From the NCBI GenBank assembly GCA_964629655.1, contig CAZVQU010000002.1:226814-290813 (forward strand): 64,000 nt of DNA, in the 5' to 3' direction. The notes under the pieces are model-generated. The model was not told the origin of the DNA, did not search any database, and saw only the letters and a list, made by a program, of their open reading frames with translations. This document shows, one piece after another, positions 43,475-53,564 of the stretch; the first letter of the stretch is position 1; each line of letters starts with the position of its first letter. The stretch is from an uncultured Planctomycetia bacterium (GTDB taxonomy: Bacteria > Omnitrophota > Gorgyraeia > Duberdicusellales > 4484-171). A program made the position numbers and the translations under genes.

Positions 43475-43505
43475 AGTTTCCTACCCAATATGATGGTCTG
43501 TTGAC

Positions 43506-44186
43506 CTATAGATTAAACTTTACTGCCGGCCCCATGGTCGCTGATAAATAAAGGCTTCCTATGAAATCACCTTTAACAGCTGAAGGTTTCGCAGATGCAA
43601 GAGCCCCAACAAAAGCCTTAACATTCTCTGATAAGTCTTGAGAGCTAAATGATAGCTTACCTACACCAACATGGATGCAGCCAAGCTTATCCATACGAAA
43701 ATCGATCTTTCCTCTCTTCGCCTCTGAAATTGCATGAGTTATATTCTCGGTTACTGTCCCGGTTTTAGGAGAAGGCATCAGCCCCCTCGGACCTAAGAAT
43801 TTTCCTAATTTACTTACCGAACGCATCATTGAAGGTGTAGATATACAACAATCAAAATCAGTCCACCCTTCCTTAAGAATCTTATCAATAGTCTCCCCAG
43901 AACCAATATAGTCAGCTCCGGATTCCTTGGCATCTTTTTCCTTTTCAGGCTCACAAAAAACTAAAACTTTAGTCTGCTTACCGGTACCATGAGGCAATAC
44001 CACAGAACCTCTAACCATCTGATCAGATTGTTTAGGATCTGCGCCAAGTTTGCAGCTAATCTCTACCATCTCGTCGAACTTAGGCTTAGGCATAGATTTT
44101 AAAAGATCGACCGCCTCTCCCAAAGGATAAGCCTTATTCTCCTCGACCATTTTTTTAGCTTCCAGATATCTCTTACTATGTGCCAT
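43506..44186 (-). CDS. rplA: 50S ribosomal protein L1
   Basis: KFDE, VRGSVVLPHGTGK, LGPRGLMPSPKTGTV, TMGP. Confidence 0.98.
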   Translation of the reverse strand: MAHSKRYLEAKKMVEENKAYPLGEAVDLLKSMPKPKFDEMVEISCKLGADPKQSDQMVRGSVVLPHGTGKQTKVLVFCEPEKEKDAKESGADYIGSGETIDKILKEGWTDFDCCISTPSMMRSVSKLGKFLGPRGLMPSPKTGTVTENITHAISEAKRGKIDFRMDKLGCIHVGVGKLSFSSQDLSENVKAFVGALASAKPSAVKGDFIGSLYLSATMGPAVKFNL

Positions 44187-44196
44187 AAGTTTTCCC

Positions 44197-44637
44197 CTAA
44201 CCTTGGACTACTTTTAACCCGCAACTCCTAGCTGTACCCTCAACTATTCTAGCCGCAGCTTCTAAATCCCTGGTATTTAAATCCTGCATCTTCTCTTTAG
44301 CTATTTGCATAACTGCACTTTTAGTCACCTCACCAATAATTTCCTTGCCAGGCAAAGAGCTGGCTTTAGCCAAATTAGCTGCTCTCTTCAACAAAAAAGA
44401 AACCGGCGGGCTCTTAACAATAAAATCAAAAGAACGGTCTTCGTAAACACTAATTATAACCGGTAGTATTATTCCCTCTTTTTGTTTTGTGCTATCGTTG
44501 AAAGCCTTACAAAACTGCATGATATTTACCCCGTGCTGTCCTAATGCCGGACCAACCGGTGGTGCTGGATTTGCTGCTCCAGCAGGAATCTGTAACTTTA
44601 TCTGGCTTACTGGTTTTTTCTTTTTCTTCTTAGCCAT
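44197..44637 (-). CDS. rplK: 50S ribosomal protein L11
   Basis: [26 protein letters not shown]. Confidence 0.98.
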   Translation of the reverse strand: MAKKKKKKPVSQIKLQIPAGAANPAPPVGPALGQHGVNIMQFCKAFNDSTKQKEGIILPVIISVYEDRSFDFIVKSPPVSFLLKRAANLAKASSLPGKEIIGEVTKSAVMQIAKEKMQDLNTRDLEAAARIVEGTARSCGLKVVQG

Positions 44638-44644
44638 AGTTTAT

Positions 44645-45172
44645 TTAGATTTTTTCTACCTGCCAAAATTCAAGTTCAACCGGAGTGGTCCTTCCAAAAA
44701 TTGAGACATTTACCTTCACCTTACCCTTCTCAGGATGAATGCCCTCAACCACACCGTTAAAATTAATAAAAGGCCCTTCGACTACACGAATGCTTTCACC
44801 CTTCTCGAAGCTCACCTTTGGTGCAGGTTTAGCTTTACTCTCTTCAGCCTTCACTAAAATTCTATCTACCTCTTCCTGAGATATCGGAGAAGGTTTTCTC
44901 CGCGGACCAATAAAAGCGGTAATGCCCGGAGTGTTGCGTACAAAAAGCCAGGTATCGTCATTCATCTCCATGTGTATAAGGATATATCCCGGAAAAAACT
45001 TCCGCTCAAGAACCTTTTTCTTTCCTAGCTTTACCTCAGTGATCTGTTCTTTAGGGATAACAACCTCATCTATCGACTCAGTAAAACTGCTAGTGTCTAT
45101 CCTTGCCTTAAGATTTGCTTTCGCTTTATCTTCGGCTCCGCTTAAAGTGTGCAAAATATACCACTTCTTCAT
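44645..45172 (-). CDS. nusG: Transcription factor NusG
   Basis: WYILHT, FFPGYI, TPG, GPF, SIFGRTTPVEL. Confidence 0.98.
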   Translation of the reverse strand: MKKWYILHTLSGAEDKAKANLKARIDTSSFTESIDEVVIPKEQITEVKLGKKKVLERKFFPGYILIHMEMNDDTWLFVRNTPGITAFIGPRRKPSPISQEEVDRILVKAEESKAKPAPKVSFEKGESIRVVEGPFINFNGVVEGIHPEKGKVKVNVSIFGRTTPVELEFWQVEKI

Positions 45173-45199
45173 TGTCTAATCATAATATTTTAAGGGTAA

Positions 45200-45394
45200 C
45201 TATTTCAATAGGATTTGAACTAATCTCGATAAACCTAAATCCACGAAGGCGATATAGGCGGTTAGAAGACTGGTAACAATCACCACAATGGTTGCTGCGG
45301 CCATTAGTTCCTGACGCGAAGACCAGCTTACCTTCTTTAGTTCTTCTCTTACCTCTTTTAAAAATCCCGGAAGTCCCTTTATTTTTTTGATCAT
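45200..45394 (-). CDS. secE: Preprotein translocase SecE
   Basis: FLKEVREELKKVSW plus one TM helix; between tRNA-Trp and nusG. Confidence 0.95.
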   Translation of the reverse strand: MIKKIKGLPGFLKEVREELKKVSWSSRQELMAAATIVVIVTSLLTAYIAFVDLGLSRLVQILLK

Positions 45395-45426
45395 CCTTCT
45401 ATAGCGATCCCTTTCCTATCTTTCAG

Positions 45427-45499
45427 CAGGCGAGGCAGGAATTGAACCTGCAGCCCCCGGTTTTGGAGACCGGTGCTCTGCCAGTTGAGCCACTCGCCT
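45427..45499 (-). tRNA. tRNA-Trp(CCA)
   Basis: AGGCGAG/CTCGCCT acceptor, CCGGT-CTCCAAA-ACCGG anticodon arm, GGTTCAATTCC T arm; 3' CCA not encoded. Confidence 0.97.
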
Positions 45500-45572
45500 A
45501 ATTTAGCGATTGGTTTCTACACTTAATTAGTCTTGGATAGACTAAATCGTCTTTAAATAACAAAGAACTAAT

Positions 45573-45725
45573 CTATGGCTTTGCTTCCTTGTGCTCGATA
45601 TATTTACGCTCCCAAGGACAAAACTTCTTTATCGACATCTTTTCGGGATGCTTTCTCTTATTCTTGGTGGTGTAATAATTCTTTCTTTTACAAATTGTGC
45701 ACGATAACGCAATTAACTCTCTCAT
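45573..45725 (-). CDS. rpmG: 50S ribosomal protein L33
   Basis: Below the ORF-track cutoff. Hand translation MRELIALSCTICKRKNYYTTKNKRKHPEKMSIKKFCPWERKYIEHKEAKP. Confidence 0.96.
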   Translation of the reverse strand: MRELIALSCTICKRKNYYTTKNKRKHPEKMSIKKFCPWERKYIEHKEAKP

Positions 45726-45814
45726 AATGACTTACACTGCTAAAAGTGGGAAAAGGCTTGCACAACCCCCACCCCACTTTTGTGGTTTTTAACTAATCTT
45801 ACCCTATTTTTTTT

Positions 45815-45971
45815 AGCCCACGACCGAAGTCACTAGGCAACTCACTCACCATTTTTCAAGCCTGGAATGGGAATTGAACCCATGACCTCGTCCTTACCAA
45901 GGACGTACTCTACCGACTGAGCTATCCAGGCAAAAATGGCGGGACGCTCTACCGACCGAGCTACCGTGGAC
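45815..45971 (-). pseudogene. Degenerate tRNA-Thr-like shell whose two halves enclose the intact tRNA-Thr
   Basis: 5' half GTCCACG-GTAGCTCGGTCGGTAGAGC-GTCCC (45971-45941) and 3' end GGTCGTGGGCT (45825-45815) form a 7-bp acceptor stem and a canonical D arm. Confidence 0.65.
45859..45931 (-). tRNA. tRNA-Thr(GGU), intact
   Basis: GCCTGGA/TCCAGGC acceptor, CGTCC-TTGGTAA-GGACG anticodon arm, ATGGG-TTCAATT-CCCAT T arm; CCA not encoded. Confidence 0.97.
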
Positions 45972-46010
45972 AATTTTTCCTTTAAAATCAAGGAAAAAAC
46001 ATACCTTAAG

Positions 46011-46038
46011 ATAATACTATAAAAGATATTTTTGTCAA
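46011..46038 (-). promoter_or_regulatory. Sigma70-type promoter for the tRNA-Thr/rpmG/secE/ribosomal supercluster
   Basis: Minus strand TTGACA (46038-46033), 16 nt spacer, TATTAT (46016-46011), with an AT-rich tract immediately upstream. Confidence 0.7.
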
Positions 46039-46039
46039 G

Positions 46040-46073
46040 AAAAAAATAAAAAAAATAAAAAAAATAAAAAAAT
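46040..46073. repeat. Short tandem repeat (A7-8T) x4
   Basis: Directly visible: A7-T-A8-T-A8-T-A7-T. Confidence 0.85.
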
Positions 46074-46102
46074 TGAGAAAAATGGTGAAAAAGGTAGGAA
46101 AC

Positions 46103-48375
<2,273 letters not shown>

Positions 48376-48390
48376 ATTTGATATCCGCTC

Positions 48391-49329
48391 TCATTTATTG
48401 GAAAAGAAAGATTCATTGCTCTTAAGTCGATGCCCGCAGACAAAAGACCAAGCATCCATTTCGCTCTTTCCTTGAGGTTTTAGCCTCTTAATTTTTAAAA
48501 CCCTTTTCCCGGTAGCAACATAAATTCCTTCTTTGTCTATATTAACAATTACCCCTGGAGAATTATTTGCCTCCTGATCGATTACATCAACTGCTAATAT
48601 TTTAATCATCATTCCTTGATAAAAGGTATAAGCCGAAGGCCAACCTAATGTTGCCCTGATTAAATTTCTTATATCATCAGCACTGTTTTCCCAAGATATT
48701 CTACCATCTTCCTTTTTAAGCTTAGAAGTCAAAGTTGCCAACTTATCATCCTGAGGGCTTAAGGAATAATTCTTACCCTCTATTCTCCTTATAGCCTCAA
48801 TCAATAATGCTGCACCTTCTTTTGCTAGTTTATCGCTCAAAGAAAAGAAATCATCATCATAATTAACAATCACGGTTTTCTGCAAGATTATATCTCCGGA
48901 ATCAACCTTCTCATTCATTTTAAAAATAGTAACCCCGCTCTTCCTATCGCCATTAATTACGGTCTCCTCTATCGGCGCCGAACCTCGATAGCGAGGAAGC
49001 AACGAAGGATGAATACAGAGAGCAAAACTTAAGGGCAAAGCTAATAAATCTTTAGGGATAATTTCCCCATAGTCAGCAACAATAAAAAAATCTGCCTTTT
49101 CTTTACTCAAAATTCCTTTAACCTCGCCCTTCTTTAAAGATGAAGGCTTAATAAAAGGAATCTTCTTGTCTTTAGCAAGCTGGCTGACCTCAGTCGGTGA
49201 TAACCTCAAACCCCGTCCTTTAGGTTTATCAGGCTTACTAACCACAAGAACCGGCTTATACCCGTTAAGACAAAGCTCCCCTAAAGCTACTTTGGAAAAC
49301 TGAGAACTACCAAAATAAATAAATCTCAT
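48391..49329 (-). CDS. fmt: Methionyl-tRNA formyltransferase
   Basis: PDKPKGRG, HPSLLPRYRGSAP, DSGDI, KLKKEDG. Confidence 0.95.
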   Translation of the reverse strand: MRFIYFGSSQFSKVALGELCLNGYKPVLVVSKPDKPKGRGLRLSPTEVSQLAKDKKIPFIKPSSLKKGEVKGILSKEKADFFIVADYGEIIPKDLLALPLSFALCIHPSLLPRYRGSAPIEETVINGDRKSGVTIFKMNEKVDSGDIILQKTVIVNYDDDFFSLSDKLAKEGAALLIEAIRRIEGKNYSLSPQDDKLATLTSKLKKEDGRISWENSADDIRNLIRATLGWPSAYTFYQGMMIKILAVDVIDQEANNSPGVIVNIDKEGIYVATGKRVLKIKRLKPQGKSEMDAWSFVCGHRLKSNESFFSNK

Positions 49330-51137
49330 CGTAAACTCACTGCCATTTGTATCGAAGAAGTACGAAAACCTTTAGTTTCATCTTTAATCATCCCTCGGGA
49401 TTGAGGAGTCTGTTCAGCTTTAATTATAATCGAATAACGGAATTTGTCCCTTAGCTTAAAAGGTTTCTCCTCAAAGGGGCCATAAGCCTCTTCATGCCTC
49501 TTCTCTAATCTATTATATAAATCCTTTATTCTTTTTAAAAGGGCTTTTTTATTCTTTGCCCTTAGGGTAATTTTAGCAATAAGCCCAAAAGGCGGAAGTT
49601 GTGATTTGCTTCTAAATCGAAGCTCTGATTCATAAAACTCTCTCCAATTCTCATTTAAGTGTTTAAAAAGGTAATAGTCCTTATGCCGGGTAAATACGTA
49701 AAGGGAACCCCTCAACAAAAGAAGAAGCTTTTTAAGGTAAAGAAAAGCATTGAAGGTTGTCTCGTAATCTATATGATTCAGAAAAAGGTCAGCATCAAGC
49801 ACAAAACCTCTGTCGAACCTCTGAGGCGCGTAAAGATAGCTTAAGATTTTAGACGTTGAAAGAACTATCTGGGCATCACTGCAAGCTTCAGAGAAGTTAT
49901 TGATCCTGGCTTCGGGAAATACCCTCCTTAATGTGCTTTCTATTCTCTGGATGCCATAACCTTTACTTTTCAAATAACCGTTATTACACTGGCTACAAAC
50001 TTTAGGTAGAAAGTAATTCTTTTGGCAGTAAGGACATATTCCCTCTTCGCTTTTTAAGGAAGACTGCAAAAAGCTTGAGCAATGTTCGCATTTAAATATA
50101 TGTCCGCAATTAGAACAAGAAATGACTCGGGCAAACCCTTTTCGATTCCAAAGGATAACTGCCTTCTTGTTATCTTGGATGGCCTTTTTCAGGAGCTCAG
50201 TTAAAACCGGGCCGATAACCTTATTTCTGCTAAATTCCGATAAATTAACCACCTTTATGTTCCTGCACGGCCCTCCTTTATCTATTAGCTTAATCTTTTC
50301 ATCCTTTATATGCTTATAGGTCGCTAATGAAGGATAATCACTACTTAAGATCAATTCCACCCCTTTTAGCGCAGACAAACTATGGGCGACATCTAAAAGA
50401 TTGTGGTAGGGCTTCTCCTCTTGAAAGTAATAGGGACTATTTTCCTCCTCGACTATAATTAATTCTAAATCAGAAGGGTAGTAAAAAATAGATACTCGCG
50501 TTCCCAGAATTAAAGATTTCTCCCTTGAAGCTTGCCAATTAGAAAAAAACTCTTTTTCCTTTTCCTGACTGTGGATTACTTTAACCTGATCAGGAAAATC
50601 CTCCTTAATAATATCTCTTGCCGATTCAAGATAGGTAAGCTGAGGGAAACAAATCAATACCGACCCTTTTTTTAGCTTCTCCCTTATGGTATTTTTCCAC
50701 AGCTGATATCTCTCCAAAAAACTATCAGCTTTAAAAAAACTAGGACTGCCCCGATCTTTGGCTTTTTTAGCATTAAAAAGTGAGTTATCCATTTTCTGAA
50801 GGGGATCTTTTTTGAATTTTTTTGGTTTCCTAAGATAAGGTGGAATCATCATGAATGAAAATTCACCTTGAGAATAGGGGTAAAAGTCACTTAGCTGTTT
50901 GGCAAAATTCAAGCGTTCAGCATCCAGCAAGGCTTCGGAATCAAGAACATCAATGATTGATTTTAGCTTAGATATGTTTGACTTACTCGCAGTAGCTACA
51001 ACAATACCTACTCTCTTCTTGTGGTTAAAATCTACTAAAACCCTCATCCCTCTCCTTACCTCTAAATTAGAAGGATAAGAGTAGTCAAACTCCCTGTCTA
51101 AAGATATTGACACCACCACCTTTGCTACTCTAAACAT
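49326..51137 (-). CDS. priA: PriA-family replication restart protein with degenerate helicase motifs
   Basis: N-terminal FDY...G.RVLVDF 3'-binding domain, LGTR, NRKGFA, four CxxC pairs, C-terminal LPPF; upstream of fmt. Confidence 0.8.
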   Translation of the reverse strand: MFRVAKVVVSISLDREFDYSYPSNLEVRRGMRVLVDFNHKKRVGIVVATASKSNISKLKSIIDVLDSEALLDAERLNFAKQLSDFYPYSQGEFSFMMIPPYLRKPKKFKKDPLQKMDNSLFNAKKAKDRGSPSFFKADSFLERYQLWKNTIREKLKKGSVLICFPQLTYLESARDIIKEDFPDQVKVIHSQEKEKEFFSNWQASREKSLILGTRVSIFYYPSDLELIIVEEENSPYYFQEEKPYHNLLDVAHSLSALKGVELILSSDYPSLATYKHIKDEKIKLIDKGGPCRNIKVVNLSEFSRNKVIGPVLTELLKKAIQDNKKAVILWNRKGFARVISCSNCGHIFKCEHCSSFLQSSLKSEEGICPYCQKNYFLPKVCSQCNNGYLKSKGYGIQRIESTLRRVFPEARINNFSEACSDAQIVLSTSKILSYLYAPQRFDRGFVLDADLFLNHIDYETTFNAFLYLKKLLLLLRGSLYVFTRHKDYYLFKHLNENWREFYESELRFRSKSQLPPFGLIAKITLRAKNKKALLKRIKDLYNRLEKRHEEAYGPFEEKPFKLRDKFRYSIIIKAEQTPQSRGMIKDETKGFRTSSIQMAVSLR

Positions 51138-52188
51138 CGCTCCACTTCTCTATTAAGCTAGCCAAAGGTTTACGTATGTCCTTAATCTCTATGGGGTAAT
51201 TATCCCTTAACTTACTGCCGCTCTGATTAAAGTAGTAAATTGCCTTAGTCAACTGCTGGCCCCCTCGGGCAAACTTAGCTACACCTTGTTTAATCAATAG
51301 CTTCATATTCCCTTTCTCCTGGCCAGGAATATAGTGGGTAAAGACAAAAGGCTTCTTCTTGTAAAGACCTTCAAAGATAGTCATCCCTCCAGGCTTAGAA
51401 ATAATCAGTGAGCTCACGCAGATTAGCTCCCAAATTTCATCGTAAAAAGAGAAAAACCGAATATTAGGAGAGTTTAACCTCTCCAGACGCTTTTTTAACT
51501 TTATGTTTCTACCGTAAATAAGAAAGATATTAAAACTTTCAAGGAGTGTCCGAATGGACTTCTCTAAATAGGGAAATCTTCCGCGTGAAGATGAAACAAA
51601 GATTAGTGAAGGCCTCATGTCTAAACAAAACTTTTTCCGTAAAGACTCTTGAGGTATGTCTTTTAAGAATCCTTCCCTCAAGGGAACAAAACCGGCAGTA
51701 ACCTTATCTTTCCTAACTCCGAGATTAATTAAATCCTGCTTTGTTACATCTAAAGCTGCAAAATAATGGTCAACGCATCCAGCAACCCACAAGGGATGAA
51801 CCCGTAAATCAGTAATAACCGAAATAACTTTGAAATTTATCTTTTTCTTTATCAATGATATCAAGTTGGAAGGAAAAAAATGGGTGACAATTATAATTTT
51901 CGGACGCCTCTTTTTTATGTATTTAAAAAACGACGAGAATATTAAGCGGTTGATCTTATCCACGCAAGAAGAAAAAAGCTTTATCTTGGCAAAGAAAAAT
52001 AAAATCCGCCAAAGAAAAGGACAGTATTGGGTTATGATTAAATAACCTAGGGAGTAAATCTTTCTCACCAAAGGATTCGTAAAATTTAAAAGATCGCAGA
52101 TTGAAGCATCTGGCAAGTATTTTAGAGCTTCGGCCCCTTTCTTATGTCCTTCTCCAAAACTGGCATAAACAATTACAATCTCAGCCAT
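51130..52188 (-). CDS. GT28 glycosyltransferase (MGDG synthase/UgtP-like)
   Basis: YASFGEGH, IIVTHFFP, VITD...HPLW, ISKPGGMT, IPGQEKGN. Confidence 0.85.
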   Translation of the reverse strand: MAEIVIVYASFGEGHKKGAEALKYLPDASICDLLNFTNPLVRKIYSLGYLIITQYCPFLWRILFFFAKIKLFSSCVDKINRLIFSSFFKYIKKRRPKIIIVTHFFPSNLISLIKKKINFKVISVITDLRVHPLWVAGCVDHYFAALDVTKQDLINLGVRKDKVTAGFVPLREGFLKDIPQESLRKKFCLDMRPSLIFVSSSRGRFPYLEKSIRTLLESFNIFLIYGRNIKLKKRLERLNSPNIRFFSFYDEIWELICVSSLIISKPGGMTIFEGLYKKKPFVFTHYIPGQEKGNMKLLIKQGVAKFARGGQQLTKAIYYFNQSGSKLRDNYPIEIKDIRKPLASLIEKWSDV

Positions 52189-52729
52189 AGTAAGTGCAAA
52201 GATAATCTACTGCGGATTTTAGGTCGTCAAATATATGGTCGGGTTCGAATTCCCACTGGTCTCGATTGGATATCTTCTCTTTACCAGAGAGAACAAGCAC
52301 TGATTTCGCCCCAAAACAGCGAGCAGCTCCCATGTCCACAAAAGAGTCGCCGATGAAAAAAGAAATCTCAGGATTAACGCCTAAGTCTAAAACTGCCTGC
52401 TTCAAAAGTCCAATCTTCGGTTTACGACAGGCGCAATTATCTGATTTGAGATGAGTACAATAATAGATACCCTTGACTCCAGCCCCTTGGGCCTTAAAGG
52501 CCTTTGACATATTCTCATTTATTTCATCTAAATCCTCCTGAGTGTATAGTCCCTTAGATACACCAGCTTGGTTAGAAATAACATATAATTTGAATCCACA
52601 AGCATTGAGTTTTTTTATTGCCTCGATACTTCCGGGAATAAACTTAAATTCCCTCCAATTATTCACATAATTGGTGTATCCCGGATACTCATTGATCACA
52701 CCGTCGCGATCAAGAAAAACTATCTTCAT
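52181..52729 (-). CDS. gmhB: D,D-heptose 1,7-bisphosphate phosphatase (HAD IIIA)
   Basis: FLDRDGVIN, ISNQAG, CTH...CACRKP, IGDS. Confidence 0.85.
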   Translation of the reverse strand: MKIVFLDRDGVINEYPGYTNYVNNWREFKFIPGSIEAIKKLNACGFKLYVISNQAGVSKGLYTQEDLDEINENMSKAFKAQGAGVKGIYYCTHLKSDNCACRKPKIGLLKQAVLDLGVNPEISFFIGDSFVDMGAARCFGAKSVLVLSGKEKISNRDQWEFEPDHIFDDLKSAVDYLCTYYG

Positions 52730-52778
52730 CCTTCTCCCTTCCCTGCCGGTAAAGCAGGTCTTTCTTCTACAATCTCTT

Positions 52779-52806
52779 ATATTAACATTAAATTCTTGGC
52801 TTTCAA
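52779..52806 (-). promoter_or_regulatory. Possible promoter for gmhB to ligA
   Basis: Minus strand TTGAAA (52806-52801), 16 nt, TAATAT (52784-52779) preceded by TGn (extended -10). Confidence 0.4.
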
Positions 52807-52820
52807 AGAAGAATCCCTCT

Positions 52821-53552
52821 TTAAATACGGAAAAAAGAGTACATTTTCTTGCCTTCGATCAGTCTATACTTACCGGCCTTTAAATTTCCTAGGACTAAGC
52901 TACCCATCCTGATTCTCTTCAGCTCTCTTACCGGAAACCCTAAGGCCTTGAATAATCTCCTCAAATGTCTTTTCTTACCCTCAGAAATTACCACCTTGCA
53001 TAAAGTATTATTCTCCTGACTACTCAGCCCTCTGATAGACTTTACTTTTAGATGTTCACCATATGAGTTTAAACCATTTTTAGCTCTTTGGCAATCAGCG
53101 GGAGACATTTTACCCTTAAGTTCTACTAAATACTCCTTTTCTATGGAAAATTTAGGGTGTGTTAACCGATAGCAAAAATCTCCGTCATTGGTAAGAATAA
53201 GCAGTCCATGTGACTGCCTATCTAATCTTCCTACCGGATAAACTCCCTCTCCGCCAAAAGCAGATTCACTCCCGGAAAAAAATTTCTTGGGAAAAAAATC
53301 AATTACCTTCTTAAGAGCAAATTTATCACTAAGGGTAGTAGTTACCCCCTTGGGTTTATTAAACAGAATGTAAATATGTTCTTTCGGCCTTAAGGCTTTA
53401 CCCTCAACCTCAACCTTATTCTTATTGCTAACTTCCAAGAAAGGCTTGAGCACTTCTTTACCGTCAACTTTTACCTTGCCTTCCTTGATAAGGCAATCGG
53501 CCTTCCTTCTTGAAGCATAGCCACTTTTAGCAATGAAAAGATTTAACCGCAT
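52821..53552 (-). CDS. rluB: RsuA/RluB-family rRNA pseudouridine synthase
   Basis: S4 domain (SRRKAD), NKPKG, YPVGRLD catalytic Asp, LTNDG, THP, EGKKR. Confidence 0.8.
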   Translation of the reverse strand: MRLNLFIAKSGYASRRKADCLIKEGKVKVDGKEVLKPFLEVSNKNKVEVEGKALRPKEHIYILFNKPKGVTTTLSDKFALKKVIDFFPKKFFSGSESAFGGEGVYPVGRLDRQSHGLLILTNDGDFCYRLTHPKFSIEKEYLVELKGKMSPADCQRAKNGLNSYGEHLKVKSIRGLSSQENNTLCKVVISEGKKRHLRRLFKALGFPVRELKRIRMGSLVLGNLKAGKYRLIEGKKMYSFFRI

Positions 53553-53564
53553 GGCTTTGATTAC

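Noticed and set aside
46040-46073. Tandem repeat as a CRISPR-like array
   Set aside because: No spacers, a low-complexity unit and no cas genes.
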